A DNA stretch of 64,000 nucleotides from Mobula hypostoma (lineage: Eukaryota): positions 14,074,001 to 14,138,000 of the forward strand of contig NC_086097.1 in the NCBI RefSeq assembly GCF_963921235.1, read 5' to 3'. Each line of letters opens with the position of its first letter. Position 1 is the first letter of the stretch. Of the stretch, positions 37,001 to 48,685 are shown in pieces. The position numbers were made by a program, and so were the translations under genes. Under the pieces are notes generated by a model that was given only the letters and a program-made list of their open reading frames with translations, searched no databases and was not told the origin of the DNA.

Positions 37001-37360
37001 GCATCATCAACCCCTCGGTGGTCAAATTCAAACTGCCCAGATCCACGCACATTCATCCCACGTTCCACGTCTCGCAATTGAAACCTGTGACTGTCAGCCC
37101 TTTCTGCCCTCCTGCTGAACCTCCTCCACCCGCCCGGATCATTGACAACTACCCAGTTTACACCGTCCAGTGAATACTGGATGTGTGCCACCCAGGCAGG
37201 GGTCTCCAGTACCTGGTTGATTGGGAGGGATGCAGTCCTGAGGTGCGCACCTGGATTCCCTGCTCCTTCAACTTGGACCCCTCACGCATCCGAGATTTCC
37301 ATCAAGACAATCCAGACAAGCCTGGTGGTTTGCCTGGAGGCTCCCATTGGGGGGAGGGGG
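34039..37360 (+). pseudogene. pol: Gypsy pol (protease, RT, RNase H, integrase, chromodomain)
   Basis: [32 protein letters not shown] (35107-35118), [50 protein letters not shown] and LQYLVDWEG; many lesions. Confidence 0.93.
37349..37360 (+). other. Polypurine tract
   Basis: GGGGGGAGGGGG, separated by 3 nt (TAC) from the 3' LTR TG. Confidence 0.85.
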
Positions 37361-37363
37361 TAC

Positions 37364-37813
37364 TGTCACGATCCCGACTGTTAATTCCCCATTTTCTCCT
37401 AATTGCCTTTGTTTGTGGCATGGTTTCGACTGTTAATTCCCCATTTTCTCCTAAGTGCCTTTGATGGTGACACACCTGGTTTTTATCAAGACCTGCAGCA
37501 TAAGAACCCCAGCTTTCCGCCCACTAGTTGCCAGATCGTTGGTTTTGCAAGTGTGGTAATTAACGTTTCCCGGCCACTCAGGATTGTGTGTTCTAAGTTC
37601 TACTCCAGTTCTGAGGTTTACCTGTGTAACTCAGTCTCTCTGTGCTCAGAGAAGTTTTGTCTGCTGCTTTCCTTTCTATGCTCCATGTCAAGATAAGTTC
37701 TGCTTTCCTGCACTCCCTCCTGTTTGCCATTCAACGCTCACGCCCATGTCTGCATCCTAACTCAATCTCCGTTCCTGTGTCCTGCATTTGGGTTTGCCTC
37801 TTTCGTTGCGACA
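37364..37813 (+). repeat. 3' LTR (450 bp)
   Basis: TGTCACGATCCCGAC...GTTGCGACA; about 8 mismatches against the 5' LTR in the first 60 nt. Confidence 0.9.
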
Positions 37814-38799
37814 CCAACAACTTCTAACTGGTAAAACAAAACTTTTATGGACACAGCAATGAAGAATCTTTCTACGTCTGAGTGCAATGGTATTCCTGAG
37901 TCTCCACCTGGGACTTGAATGACTAACTGTAGTTAAAACCGAAAGAAAGCTACTCTCATGATGATGAGAGCACTGAACATGGCCAAAGATGGAGGATCTT
38001 CGTTATTGCTTGAAGCACCAGTGACATAACGGACAGTAAGTGACAGGTTCTTGATCAGTCAGGGTGTAAATGTTATGGGGATAAGACTGCGGAATGGAGT
38101 TGAGAGAGGTAATAAGTCAGCCAAGATGGAATGATGGAGCAAATAGCCTCCTTTGCCTTATGGTCTTATTGTCTTATCCTTGATCCTGGAAAGGATCTAT
38201 CAGGGTCCGAAATTCCTTGCTGCTGGAGCCATTGTCCTTCCAAGTGGTGAAGGACATGAGCTTCGGACTAGTCAACTTTTAGGGAAGTCTGGGTGAGTAT
38301 GATGAATGATACATGGCAGTCACATTCCATCAGTCAGGCAGATTCATATTAATTAACCTTTTTAAAAACCTTAATATCTCTTAACAAAAGATCTTTGGCC
38401 TCCCAAGTCCTCATCAGCCATCAAATATCCATTGCCACCAATCCTACACCAAACTCATTTTATCATCCCTACATTCTACTCAACACTTCCCAGACTCTCA
38501 GTCCTCTACACATGAGTGGTGTTTTACAGTAGCCATTTATCCTACTGACACCATGTCTTTGGGATGTGGGAGGTAAAAGGAGCACCCAGGGGAAACCCTT
38601 GTGTCATAAGGAGAAGGTGCAAAATACTCAGACAGCTCTGGAGATCAGCTATATAAAATGTTGGTTAGGCTGCATTTTAGTATTGCGTGCAGTTGTGGTC
38701 ACCCCATTGTAAGAAGAATGTGGAAGAGGTACAAAAGAGATTCAGAATTAGGATTGGGATTAATATGACCGGCAGATGTTGTGAAATTTGTTGTGAAAA

Positions 38800-39990
38800 C
38801 TCAACCTGTGAATTAACCTTCTGGGAGTCTTGCACAAGGACTCCTAAGTCCCTTTGCATCTCCAATGTTCGAACCTTTTCCCCATTTAGACAATAGACCA
38901 CACTATTGTTCCTTTTGTTCCAAAATGCATTGTCGTGTATTTCCCAATACTGTATCCCATCTGTCACTTTTTTGCCCATTCTTCCAATTTGTCTAAGTCC
39001 TGCTGCAATCATATTGCTTCATCAGTACTATCTATCCCTCCACCTCCTATCTTTGCATCATCCACAAATTTCGCCATAAAGCTATTATTTCCATTATCTA
39101 AGTCATTGACGAACAATGTGAAAAGCAGTAGTCTTCATACTGTCCAGCAACCAACCAGAATAGGTTCCTTTTATTCCCACTCGCTGCGTCCTGCCTGTTC
39201 CTCTATCCATGCCAGTATCCTCCTCCAATCCATCTGGTCAAGCTCCTCTCTCAGGCCTCTGTAATTCCCTATATCCCATTGCAATGCAGATACATGTGAA
39301 TCATGCCTCTCCCTCTTAAATTGCAGTTTGAATTCAATCAAATTATGATTACTGCCTCCTAAGGGTTTCTTCACGTTAAGCTCCCTAATAAGATCTGGGT
39401 TATTACACAACTCTCAATCTAAGATAGCTTTACCCTGAGTGAGCTCAAGCACAAGCTGCTCTAAAAAGCCATCTAGTAGACATTCAACAAATTCCCTCTC
39501 TTGCGATCCGACTCCAACCTGATAATCCCAATCCCTTTGCATATTGAATTCCCCCATTACAACTGTGTCATTACCCTTATTACATGCCTTTTCCAGCTCC
39601 CTTTACAATCTCAACCCCAATCTTGGCTACTATTTGGAGGCCTAGATATGATTCCCATATTTTTTTTTACCTTTGCAATTTCTTAACTCCACCCACAGAG
39701 ATTCAACATTCTCTGACCCCATCTCACCTCTTTTGGAAGATGTAGTTCCATCTCTTACCAACACAGCCACATCACCACCTATGCCTTCCTGTCTGTCCTT
39801 TCGATACAAAGTACATCCTTTGACGTTAAGCTCCCAGCTTTAGTCTTCTTTCAGCCACAACTCAGTGATACCCACAATGTCATACCGACCAATCTGTAAA
39901 TGCACCACGAGTTCATTCACCTTGTCCCGAATGCTGCACGCATTGAAATACAGCACCTTCAGTCCTGCCTTCTTCACTCTTTTCAAGTTT
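38800..39990 (-). mobile_element. CR1 ORF2 remnant with a large internal deletion (endonuclease joined to the post-RT region)
   Basis: Minus strand reads LKVLYFNACSIRDKVNEL..YDIVGITELWL, PDLIRELNVKKPLGGSNHNLIEF, then QRDLGVLVQDSQKVN. Confidence 0.8.
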
Positions 39991-40784
39991 GCCTCTGTCG
40001 TAAAATTTCACTCTTTGCTCTGTCTGCACTGGCTTGTCCTTCTTTACATTCATGCCCTTTGCCCTCTACGATGTATTGCAGAACCACCCTCCTGACCGTT
40101 CGATCTCTCTGTAGATCTCATCTGCCCTGTCTGTCAGAGCTGACTTCACATGCCAGGACAGGCATATCCATATCGCAGTGAGGTATGAGACCTGCCGGCT
40201 ACCCTCAGCTGGCTTAGCCCGCCTGTCGAAGCAGTATACCGGGGTGTGGCCACTGTCAAATGCAAGCAGCTACTTGGAGCTGCATATGAGAGCTGAGTGT
40301 CCAATGGGGACAAAGATGAGTGAGCTGCCCCAGAATGGACATGACAAGCTGCTTCACCAGAGGTGCTACCCCTCCCTGAACGCCCCATATACCTCTCTTT
40401 ACTAGTATAGCTCCATTTCAGGGCAAATCAGTTACCTGAACCTAAATTCCGCAGCTGATATGCACAGAATTTAAACCAAAGGGGGCAGGCTGGGTATTAG
40501 TTTCAATTAAAATTCACAGAATACTTGCATGACCACAACTATGAAACACATCCAGTCTGGTTTGGTATGTTGGCTAATGAGAGGTGATTGTGCATTTAAA
40601 TGATCAGATAGAATGATTGTGAAATCACCCCAGAAGTCTCTTTGAGCATATCTGCAAGGAGCTCTGTCACATGAAAGCAGCAGCATCCGTCATCAAAGAC
40701 CCCCACAATCTCTTCTCACTGCTGCCATCAGGAAGGAGAAACAGGAGACTGAGAACCCACATGACCGGGTTCAGGAACTGTTAC

Positions 40785-41057
40785 CTATTTGTGGAGATAC
40801 AACGCAGAATGGGCCCTTCGGGTACTGTGAAGCCATGCTGCCCAGAAATCACCCAATTTAATCCTAGCCTAATCACAAGACAATTTATAATGCCCAGCTG
40901 TTTAGCCTTTGGACAGTGGGAGGAAATCAAGTGCCCAGAGGAAACCTTTGCGGTCACGGGGAGAAGGTACAAACTCCTTACAAGCAGTGGCGGGAATTGA
41001 ACCCGGGTCGCTGGTAATGTAAAGTGTTGTGCTAACCACTACGCTACTGTACCACCC
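40785..41057 (-). mobile_element. V-SINE-like tRNA-headed SINE nested in a Rex1 3' fragment (~40660-41645)
   Basis: Reverse complement gives A-box TAGCGTAGTGGTTAGC and B-box GGGTTCAATTCCC. Confidence 0.75.
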
Positions 41058-42389
41058 AGATATTACCCCTCAGCCATCAGGATCTTGAAACAAAGGGGAT
41101 ATCTTCACTCAACTTCACTTGCCCCATCACTGAAATGTTCCCACAACCGATGGACTCAGTTTCAGGCACTCTTAATCTCATGCTCTTGACATTTATTGCT
41201 AATTTATTTTCTCCATCTTTTTGTTTTTTTTTGCTTTTCACACAGAGAGTGCTGGGTGTATGGAATGCACAGCTGGTGACAGTGGTAGAGGCGAATATAA
41301 CAGGGTCTTTTAAGAGACTCTTAGTCAGATACATGGAGCTTAGGAAATTAGAGGGCTATGCAGTAGGGAAATTCTAGGCAGTTTCTGCAGTAGGGTTCAT
41401 GGTTGGAACAACATTGTGGGTCGAAGGGCCTGTAACATGCTGTAGATTTCTATGTTGTATGATTCCACGTATTTGCATGTTTGTTGATTTTGCACACTGG
41501 TTGTTTGTCTTGTTAGGAACGGATTTTCATCGACTCTGCTCTGTTTTTTGATCTTACTGTGAATGCCCACCAGAAAATTAATCTCGGGGTTGTATAGAGT
41601 GAAATATATGACTTTTGATAATAAATTTATTTTAAACTTTGGCTTTTGAAATGCATTAACCATTCCCCAGCAATAGGTTATATTTGGATCTCCCAGGTAA
41701 TGTTCATTCTGCACACTGCAATAAAATGTTCAACAAAATATTCTAATGGATCTGAATATTCATCACAGTTTCCAAAATATATATACTTAGTTCACTGTGC
41801 ATTTCAATCTTGCTTTCACACTCCCTTCCCACTCAATATACCTTCATATGGACAGACAAATGTCAGAATACACTTAAACTAGATATCAGATCTGACATAT
41901 CCCTTTAACTCATTAATTATTAAATAGTCATTTGGCATCTTTTTCTCAGTGTAGCCCCTTCGTTCCAGTGATGCGCCAGATGGTATCATTATTGCAGTTG
42001 TGTAGGGGTTAAGGTGAGTTGTTGCAAGTGGCATCTTGGTGACAGTGAGTAAGTGGTAAGTTTGCAAAGATTTTCATAACTTGCTCTTTCCACATTGGAA
42101 GGCTTACAGACAAAGCATTGTTTTTTTTTGTTGCAAGCAAGGCTTTATATAATGTTTGCAGAAGAAATTCCCCCTTTGTAGCCAGATATAATAATCACCA
42201 TCCAATGATCAATTGCCTTTCCTAACTGAAACAATTAGCCAGCCTTCTTTACAATACACAAATGGAGGAGCCAAAGGTAAATACGTGGAAGATACATGAT
42301 TAGCACGAGGACAATGTGGACTTAAAATAGCCCATTTTAATAGAGCAGGAATGAGGAGGAAATGGATTTAACATGATTTAATTCAGGGA

Positions 42390-43645
42390 GTATATTTTTC
42401 CCAGGGTAGAAATGTCTAATCTAATCAGGGGTATGCATCGTAGGTGAGAGGGGGTAGGTTCAAAGAAGATGTGAGGAGTAAGATTTTTACTCAGAAAGTG
42501 GAGGATGCCTGGAATGCACTGCTTGGTATGGAGGTAGATGTAATTACACAAGAGGTTTTTAAAAGATATTTAGATAGGAACATGAATGTGAGAAAGATGG
42601 AGGGATATGGACATTGTGTAGGTGATATGGACATTGTGTAGGTAGAAGGGATTCGTTTTTGGTTCACTATTTTAGCTGACTCGGGGCAACATTGTGGGGT
42701 GAAGGGCCTGTTCCTGTGCTGTACTGTTCTATGTTCTACGTAGCTAAAGTGGGCTTTCAGCTTTCAGCCTCCAGCTGCTAGACTTGAGGACTGAGTTATA
42801 GTGAAAGGTTTATTCTGTACAGTGTTAGAGAATGAGGGGAGATTTGATAGAGGTATACAAAATTATGAGGGGAGTAAATGCAAGCAGGTTCTTTCTTCCA
42901 CTAAGGTTGGGTGAGTAGAATGAGAGACCATGGATTAAGGGTGAAAGGTGAAATGTGTAAGGCAAACATGAGGGGGAATTTCTTCACTCAGAAGGTGGTG
43001 AGAGTGTGGAATGAGTTGCCAGCAGAAGTGGTGGATGGTGTTCAATTTCAATATTTAAGAGAAATTAGGATAGGTACATGGATGGGAGAGGTGTGGAAAT
43101 CTATGGTTTGGATGGGAAGGGGTAGAATGATAGAGTAGCATAGACTAGATGGGCCAAAGGGCCTGTTTCTGAGTTGTAGTGTTCTATGACTCTATAAAGG
43201 AAGTTTGAATTGGTTAGGACTTTATTCCTTGGAATGTAGAAGATAGAGAGGAGATTTGATAGAGGTATACAAAATTATGAGGGGTATAGAAAGGGAAAAT
43301 GCAAGTAGGCTCTTTCCACTGAGGTTGGCTGGGGTTACAACTACAGGTCATAGGTTATAGGTGAAAGATCAAGAGTTTAAGGGGAGTATGAGGGGAAGTT
43401 TCATCACTCAGAGGGTCATGAGAGTGTGGAATGAGTTGCCAGGACAAGTGGTGCATGTGAGCTCAATTTCCACATTTAAGAGAAGTTTGGATAGGTACAT
43501 GGATGGTAGGGGTACGGAGGGCTATGGTCCTGGTGCAGCTCTATGGGAGTAGGCAGATTAAATGGTTCAGCATGGACTAGATGAGCTGAAGACCTGATGG
43601 ACCAGATGACCTGCTTCCTTGCTGTATTTTTCTATGACTCTAAGA
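42390..43645 (+). mobile_element. Cluster of three tandem CR1 3' fragments
   Basis: Repeated FTQ(K/R)V...WN(A/E)L coding ends with TTCTATG tails at ~42730, 43185 and 43635. Confidence 0.8.
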
Positions 43646-44237
43646 CTTGGTGGATTTAAATAACACTGGCAATCTCCTGACTGGCACTCTCTTGCCAGTG
43701 TGGTTCTCACACCATCTTTGCCTGCGGGCACTCATCACTGCAAGCCAGCACTCTTCAGAAGTTCAATAATTTTCAGCCTCCAAGACCACCTGGTTGCATT
43801 TTAAAGCTGGCCTGACTCAGCACCAGGATTCAAACTTCAACATAGAACATGGAACATTCCAGCACATTACAGACTCTTTGGTCCATGGTTGTGCCAACCT
43901 TCAACCTATTCTAAGGTCAATTTAATACTTGCCTCCCACATACCTCTCCATGTTTCTTTCATTCATGTGCCTGTCAAAGAATCTCTTCAATGTCCTAAAT
44001 GTATCTGCCCCTATCACACACCCATCCATTCAGCACCAACTCCTGAAATCCTGAAGGAGACTTTCATTGATATTAGGGTTTATTGCCAAAATTGAACAAC
44101 TGATATCAGCTTGGTTCACTCTTTCTTCTTAAGAATACAGGCTGTCCCTGTTAAGAACAAATGGGATATCCCTACATATGAACATGATCCTGCAATATGT
44201 CCAATGTATAATCACACATTCTTTCCTACAAAAATCT

Positions 44238-44650
44238 CCTGTACTTAACAAAGTGGCCATTGAGTGTATGTTTGTGGCTTTCTGCTGCTGTGGTCTTTCT
44301 GCTTCAAGGTTTGACGTGTTGTGCATTCAGAGTTGATCTTTTGCACAGCACTGCTGTAATGCATGGTTATTTGAGTTACTGTCACCATCCTGTCAGCATG
44401 AACTAGTCTGGCTATACCTCCCTGAACCTCTTGCCCACCTAGTGACTGCTCACAGATATATTTCTTTTGTTTTTCACACCATCCTCTGTAAACTCTAGAC
44501 TGTTATGCATGAAAATCCCAAGAGATCCGCAGTTTCTGAGGTTCTCAAACCACCCCGTGTGGCACCAACAATCATTCCACAGGTCAAAATCACTTAGATC
44601 ACATTTCTTCCCCATTCTGATGTCTGATCCGAAAGAAAACTGACCCTCCC
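44238..44650 (-). mobile_element. Tc1-family non-autonomous remnant with the transposase N-terminus
   Basis: Minus strand reads MGKKCDLSDFD..GMIVGATRGGLRTSETADLLGFS (HTH region); TIR-like AAAGTGGCCATTGAGTGTA at 44250-44268. Confidence 0.75.
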
Positions 44651-46714
44651 AATAGAAACAGATCTGACCGTGTTTGTGATGTGATAGACTTCACTGCTTG
44701 GCCCCACCCCACCTGTGGGAAAATTTGTGCAAGTGCTGACTTCATATATTAGCTCCTAGAATTTGTAAAGCTGCTAATATAAATTCACTGAAAACATTTA
44801 ACAAAACGTTAGGTGTAATCTAACAAGTGAGAAAGAACGTTCTTTTACATGTTAACAGATTTTCAAAACTTCTCGACTGTAAATGAGCAAGTATTTTGGT
44901 CAGTTTTAAACTCCAGTGAAAATAGTTAATCATCCAGGTCTGTGTACATCAGCTTGACCTTCGGAGACAATGACAGTGAGTCAGGGATGACTATGTGAAG
45001 GTGATAGATTAATCCATTTCTATTCCTCTTGTTCAGCATTTCAATTGGGTGTGTCTCCATTGGCTGAGATCCTAAAGAGCACTCTTCAAAACAACTTGTT
45101 CCTTAGTCACTCCCATTTTTGACTGCTTGCACCAATTAATTCAAATAACAATCTTTTGATTGGCACTAGCTAGAACATAAGTGTTTTCTACCATACATGA
45201 CAGAAAAAAACACAAGAGCATTAGTGCCTCTTGCCAATGATGATGATGTTGTAAATTCTGATGTTTCAAGATGAGATGTATTCTATGTGGAGTAGACTTG
45301 ATGGGCTGAATGGCCTAATTCTGCTCCTATGTCGTATGATCTTATATAAGCAGGCAAGGCTTTTGGCACCAGATGGCCTTTGTAGACTTCAGCTCACAAA
45401 TTGTTTACAGTGCGGTGATTAATGCATGGCCACAAGATCAGATAGTCCAGCCGCCATTTTGGCCAGGGTATAAGCAAGTGTATAGGTAACATCAGCTAGG
45501 GGACTGCAGGTTGTCACTTCTTGGTGTGAACTACCACACTGAGCTCAATGGCCCATAACAACCTGCAACTTCCCCTCACCCTGCCGCCAGCACTCCTTCA
45601 ATGGCGACCAGCAGGGTGGTGGTTTATTGCTGCAGAACATAGAACACAGAGGTCAGCACAGCAACAGGTCCCTCAGCTCACGATGTTGTTTCAAATTAAT
45701 TCAACTGTTATTTAAATGCATAACTAAGCTAGTCCCTTCTGCCTAAATAATGTTTATATCCCCCATTCTCTGCACATTCATACACCTATCTAAGAGCCTC
45801 TTAAATTCCTGTTCGTATTTGCCTCCTCTATGATCACTTTCTTTGTTAAAAAATGTCCTGTTCTAAGTTTCCGTTTAATTCTCATTCAATCAGACATGAT
45901 TACCCATGAATACAGCCAAATGAGATAGAGTTACTCTGGGGCCAAGGTGCAGACACAGTACCAACAGTCACACACAGCACAAGGCACATATAGCACATAT
46001 AAGATAGCAAGCACATGTAAGATATCAGTAAAATAGTCACACACAAAAATGTAGTCCAAGATCCTGAGTGCGTAAATGTTGCAGAAATCTGCAGTCGAAC
46101 ATAATGCAGCTTGTTTTCTGCCCCTTCAAACACTGGGGGAGCAGCACCAACTCCAGCTTGGGCGCCGTTCCACACGGCTTCTGGTGGCGTGCGCTGACTC
46201 CAGTGCCTCTCTCCTTGGCGACTCTAAGCAGACGACCCCGCAGCTTGAGGCCGAGAACTCGTTACGACCAAGGCCACGCAGCTCCCCCGCCGCCCGCCAA
46301 AAATTCAGTGAAGCGAACTTGCAGCATTCCACGTTAACAACTTCCAAATGGGTCTTGCAATTGTAAGAAAAGTGACTAAGACGAACTCTTGCTGTTAGAC
46401 TGCCCACCACCTTCACGCACTGACTCGTCTAACGTCTCTCCGACATAGGCAGCGTTACAATCTGAACCAACAAGCAACTCGCTGAGGAGCTAAGCCTGCA
46501 GTGCTTTAAGTTCTTAATGTTCAGCAGGGTCTTGACATCATAAAAAAATACGATTTAAAAGGACAATAACAACTTTGCTTGACCTCATTGCCGTCGAACA
46601 CACCACTATCTTACCAAAACTTGCCCTGTACATCTCCTTTGAAATTATCGCCTTCACCTTAAATGCATGCCCTCTAGTATGAGAAATTTTGAGCCAGGGA
46701 AAAAAATATACTGC

Positions 46715-47277
46715 CTCACTTGGAGTATTGTGAGCAGTTCTGGGCTCCTTATCTTAGAAAGGATGTGCTGAAACTTGAGAGTGTTCAAAGGAGGTTCACG
46801 AAAATTTTTCCAGGAGTAAATCGTTTGCAAATGATGAGCATTTGATGGCTCTGGGCCTGATTTCACTGGAATTTGGAAGAATGAGGGGAGTTCCAATTGA
46901 AACATATCGAATGATGAAAGGTCTTGATAGAGCACATGCTGAGAGAATATTTCCTATGGTGGGCATGTCCAAGACCAGAGACACAGCCTCAGAATAGAGG
47001 GGCTATTTGGAACGGAGATGAGGAGGAATTTTTTTTTTAGTCAGAGAGTGGTGAATCTGTGGAATTCATTGCCACAGGCCTCTATGGAGGCCAAGCTACT
47101 GGCCATATTTAAGGCAAAGGTTGATAGATTCTTGATTAGTCAAGGCATGAAGGGATATGGACGGAAGGCAGGAGATTGGGGCTGAGAGGGAAAATGGATC
47201 AGCCATGATGAAATGGCAGAGCAGACTTAATGGGCCAGATGACTTAATTCTGCTTCTATATCTTATTATCTTATGGT
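46715..47277 (+). mobile_element. CR1 3' fragment
   Basis: CACTTGGAGTATTGTGAGCAGTTCTGGGCTCCTTATC...TCTTATGGT. Confidence 0.8.
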
Positions 47278-48524
47278 TTTCTACTCTATCTATGTCTCTC
47301 ATATCTTTCAAATTTCTCAGGTCTCCCTTAGACTCTGCTGCTCCAAATAAAAACAGCCCATGTTTGACCAGCCTCTCCTACAGTATATGTCTCTGCCTCT
47401 AATCCTCTTCTGCACCCTCTGCAAATTCTCCACATCCTTCCTATAATGGGGCAACCAAAGCAGAATGCAATGCTCTAGATGCGGCCTAAGCAATAATCCT
47501 GCCAGCTGCTACCAAAATTAGGTGTAGGGAATACTAAATTATTGGTTAAGTTACACTAGACAAGGACTGCATTTTTTCTGGAATAATTTTAAGATTTTTT
47601 GAATTTGGATTATTTGAAATGAAGAAAGTTGAGAGAACCCTGACCGAGGTACATAAATCTATGAAAGATCAGTCATATGAAAACATTTCCCTCTGAAGAG
47701 ACTACGACCAGAGGCTTAGTTAAAGTAAGAGGGAGGAGATGTGGAAAAGATACGAAGAAGAATGTTTTCTCCAAGGAGGTGGTTGAAATCTGGAATGCAC
47801 TGGATGGGGAAGTGGTTTGAAGAAGTATTCTGATAGGTAGGAAGTGTTTCATGAAAAGGTTATGGGCTGAGTTCTCGGAATCAGACACAGACTGGTGTTT
47901 GATAGTCAGACAGGACTCAATCAGCTTCATGATTATTATCACTGACAGACTGTATGCTGTAAAATTTGTTTTGTAGCAGCAGTACAGTACAATGCATAAA
48001 AAACGCAATAAATTACAAGAAGACGTATATCAAAAATTAACTTAAATGAGTAGTGCAAAAAGGTAATGAGTTATGGGTTGGTTCATCGTCCATGCAGAAA
48101 TCTGATGACGGAGGGGAAGAAGCTGCTCCTAAACATTGAATGTGTGCCTTTAGGCTCCTCTACCTCCTCTCTGATGCTATTAATAAGAAGAAACCATGTC
48201 CTAGGATGGGAGGTGTTCAATGACGGATGCCGCCTTTTTGAGGCATCTCCTTTTGAAGCTGTTCTTGATGCTGGCAGGCTAGTGCCGTGATGGAGATTTT
48301 TCCAATCCTGTCCAGCGGCCTCTCCATACCATATGGTGGCTCTATGGCCATATGGCCTGTTTATGACTGTGATTCAAAGTAGGTCTCAACCATGGCAGTA
48401 CAGCCTCATCATCACACCACCAGCTTAAAGCAGAGCAGGGAGAGGAGGAGGGAGAATAGACAATCTCCGTTCCAGATCTCTAGGAAGTGGCTCTAACAGC
48501 TATACCAAGAAAACACGAAGCCTT

Positions 48525-48685
48525 TGCTGAACGTCCATCTGAAAGGTAGCTGCTCCAGTAGTGCAGTTTTCTCAGCTTTGCATGTCTTTGTGAGCCCTGT
48601 TTCTTGGTCTCAAGTTGCTAGGGTAGATCTTAAACCCAAAGCAATAAGATTCAGAAAATGATGTGCTAGCAACTAAGACAGGACC
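48525..48685 (-). mobile_element. Ancient Deu-domain SINE-like remnant
   Basis: CATCTGAAAGGTAGCTGCTCCAGTAGTGCAG resembles the recalled Deu/SacSINE1 core in reverse; a similar patch lies at ~26490. Confidence 0.4.

Larger units (their letters stand above)
32356..37813 (+). mobile_element. Ty3/Gypsy LTR retrotransposon, Tf1/Sushi-type chromovirus, full-length but decayed
   Basis: TG...CA LTR pair, gag-PR-RT-RH-IN-chromo order, PPT, degenerate 5-bp TSD TTAAA / CCAAC (empty site CTAAC). Confidence 0.95.

Noticed and set aside
42602..42643. Short tandem duplications (20 bp here, 15 bp at ~12416)
   Set aside because: Ordinary slippage within TE fragments
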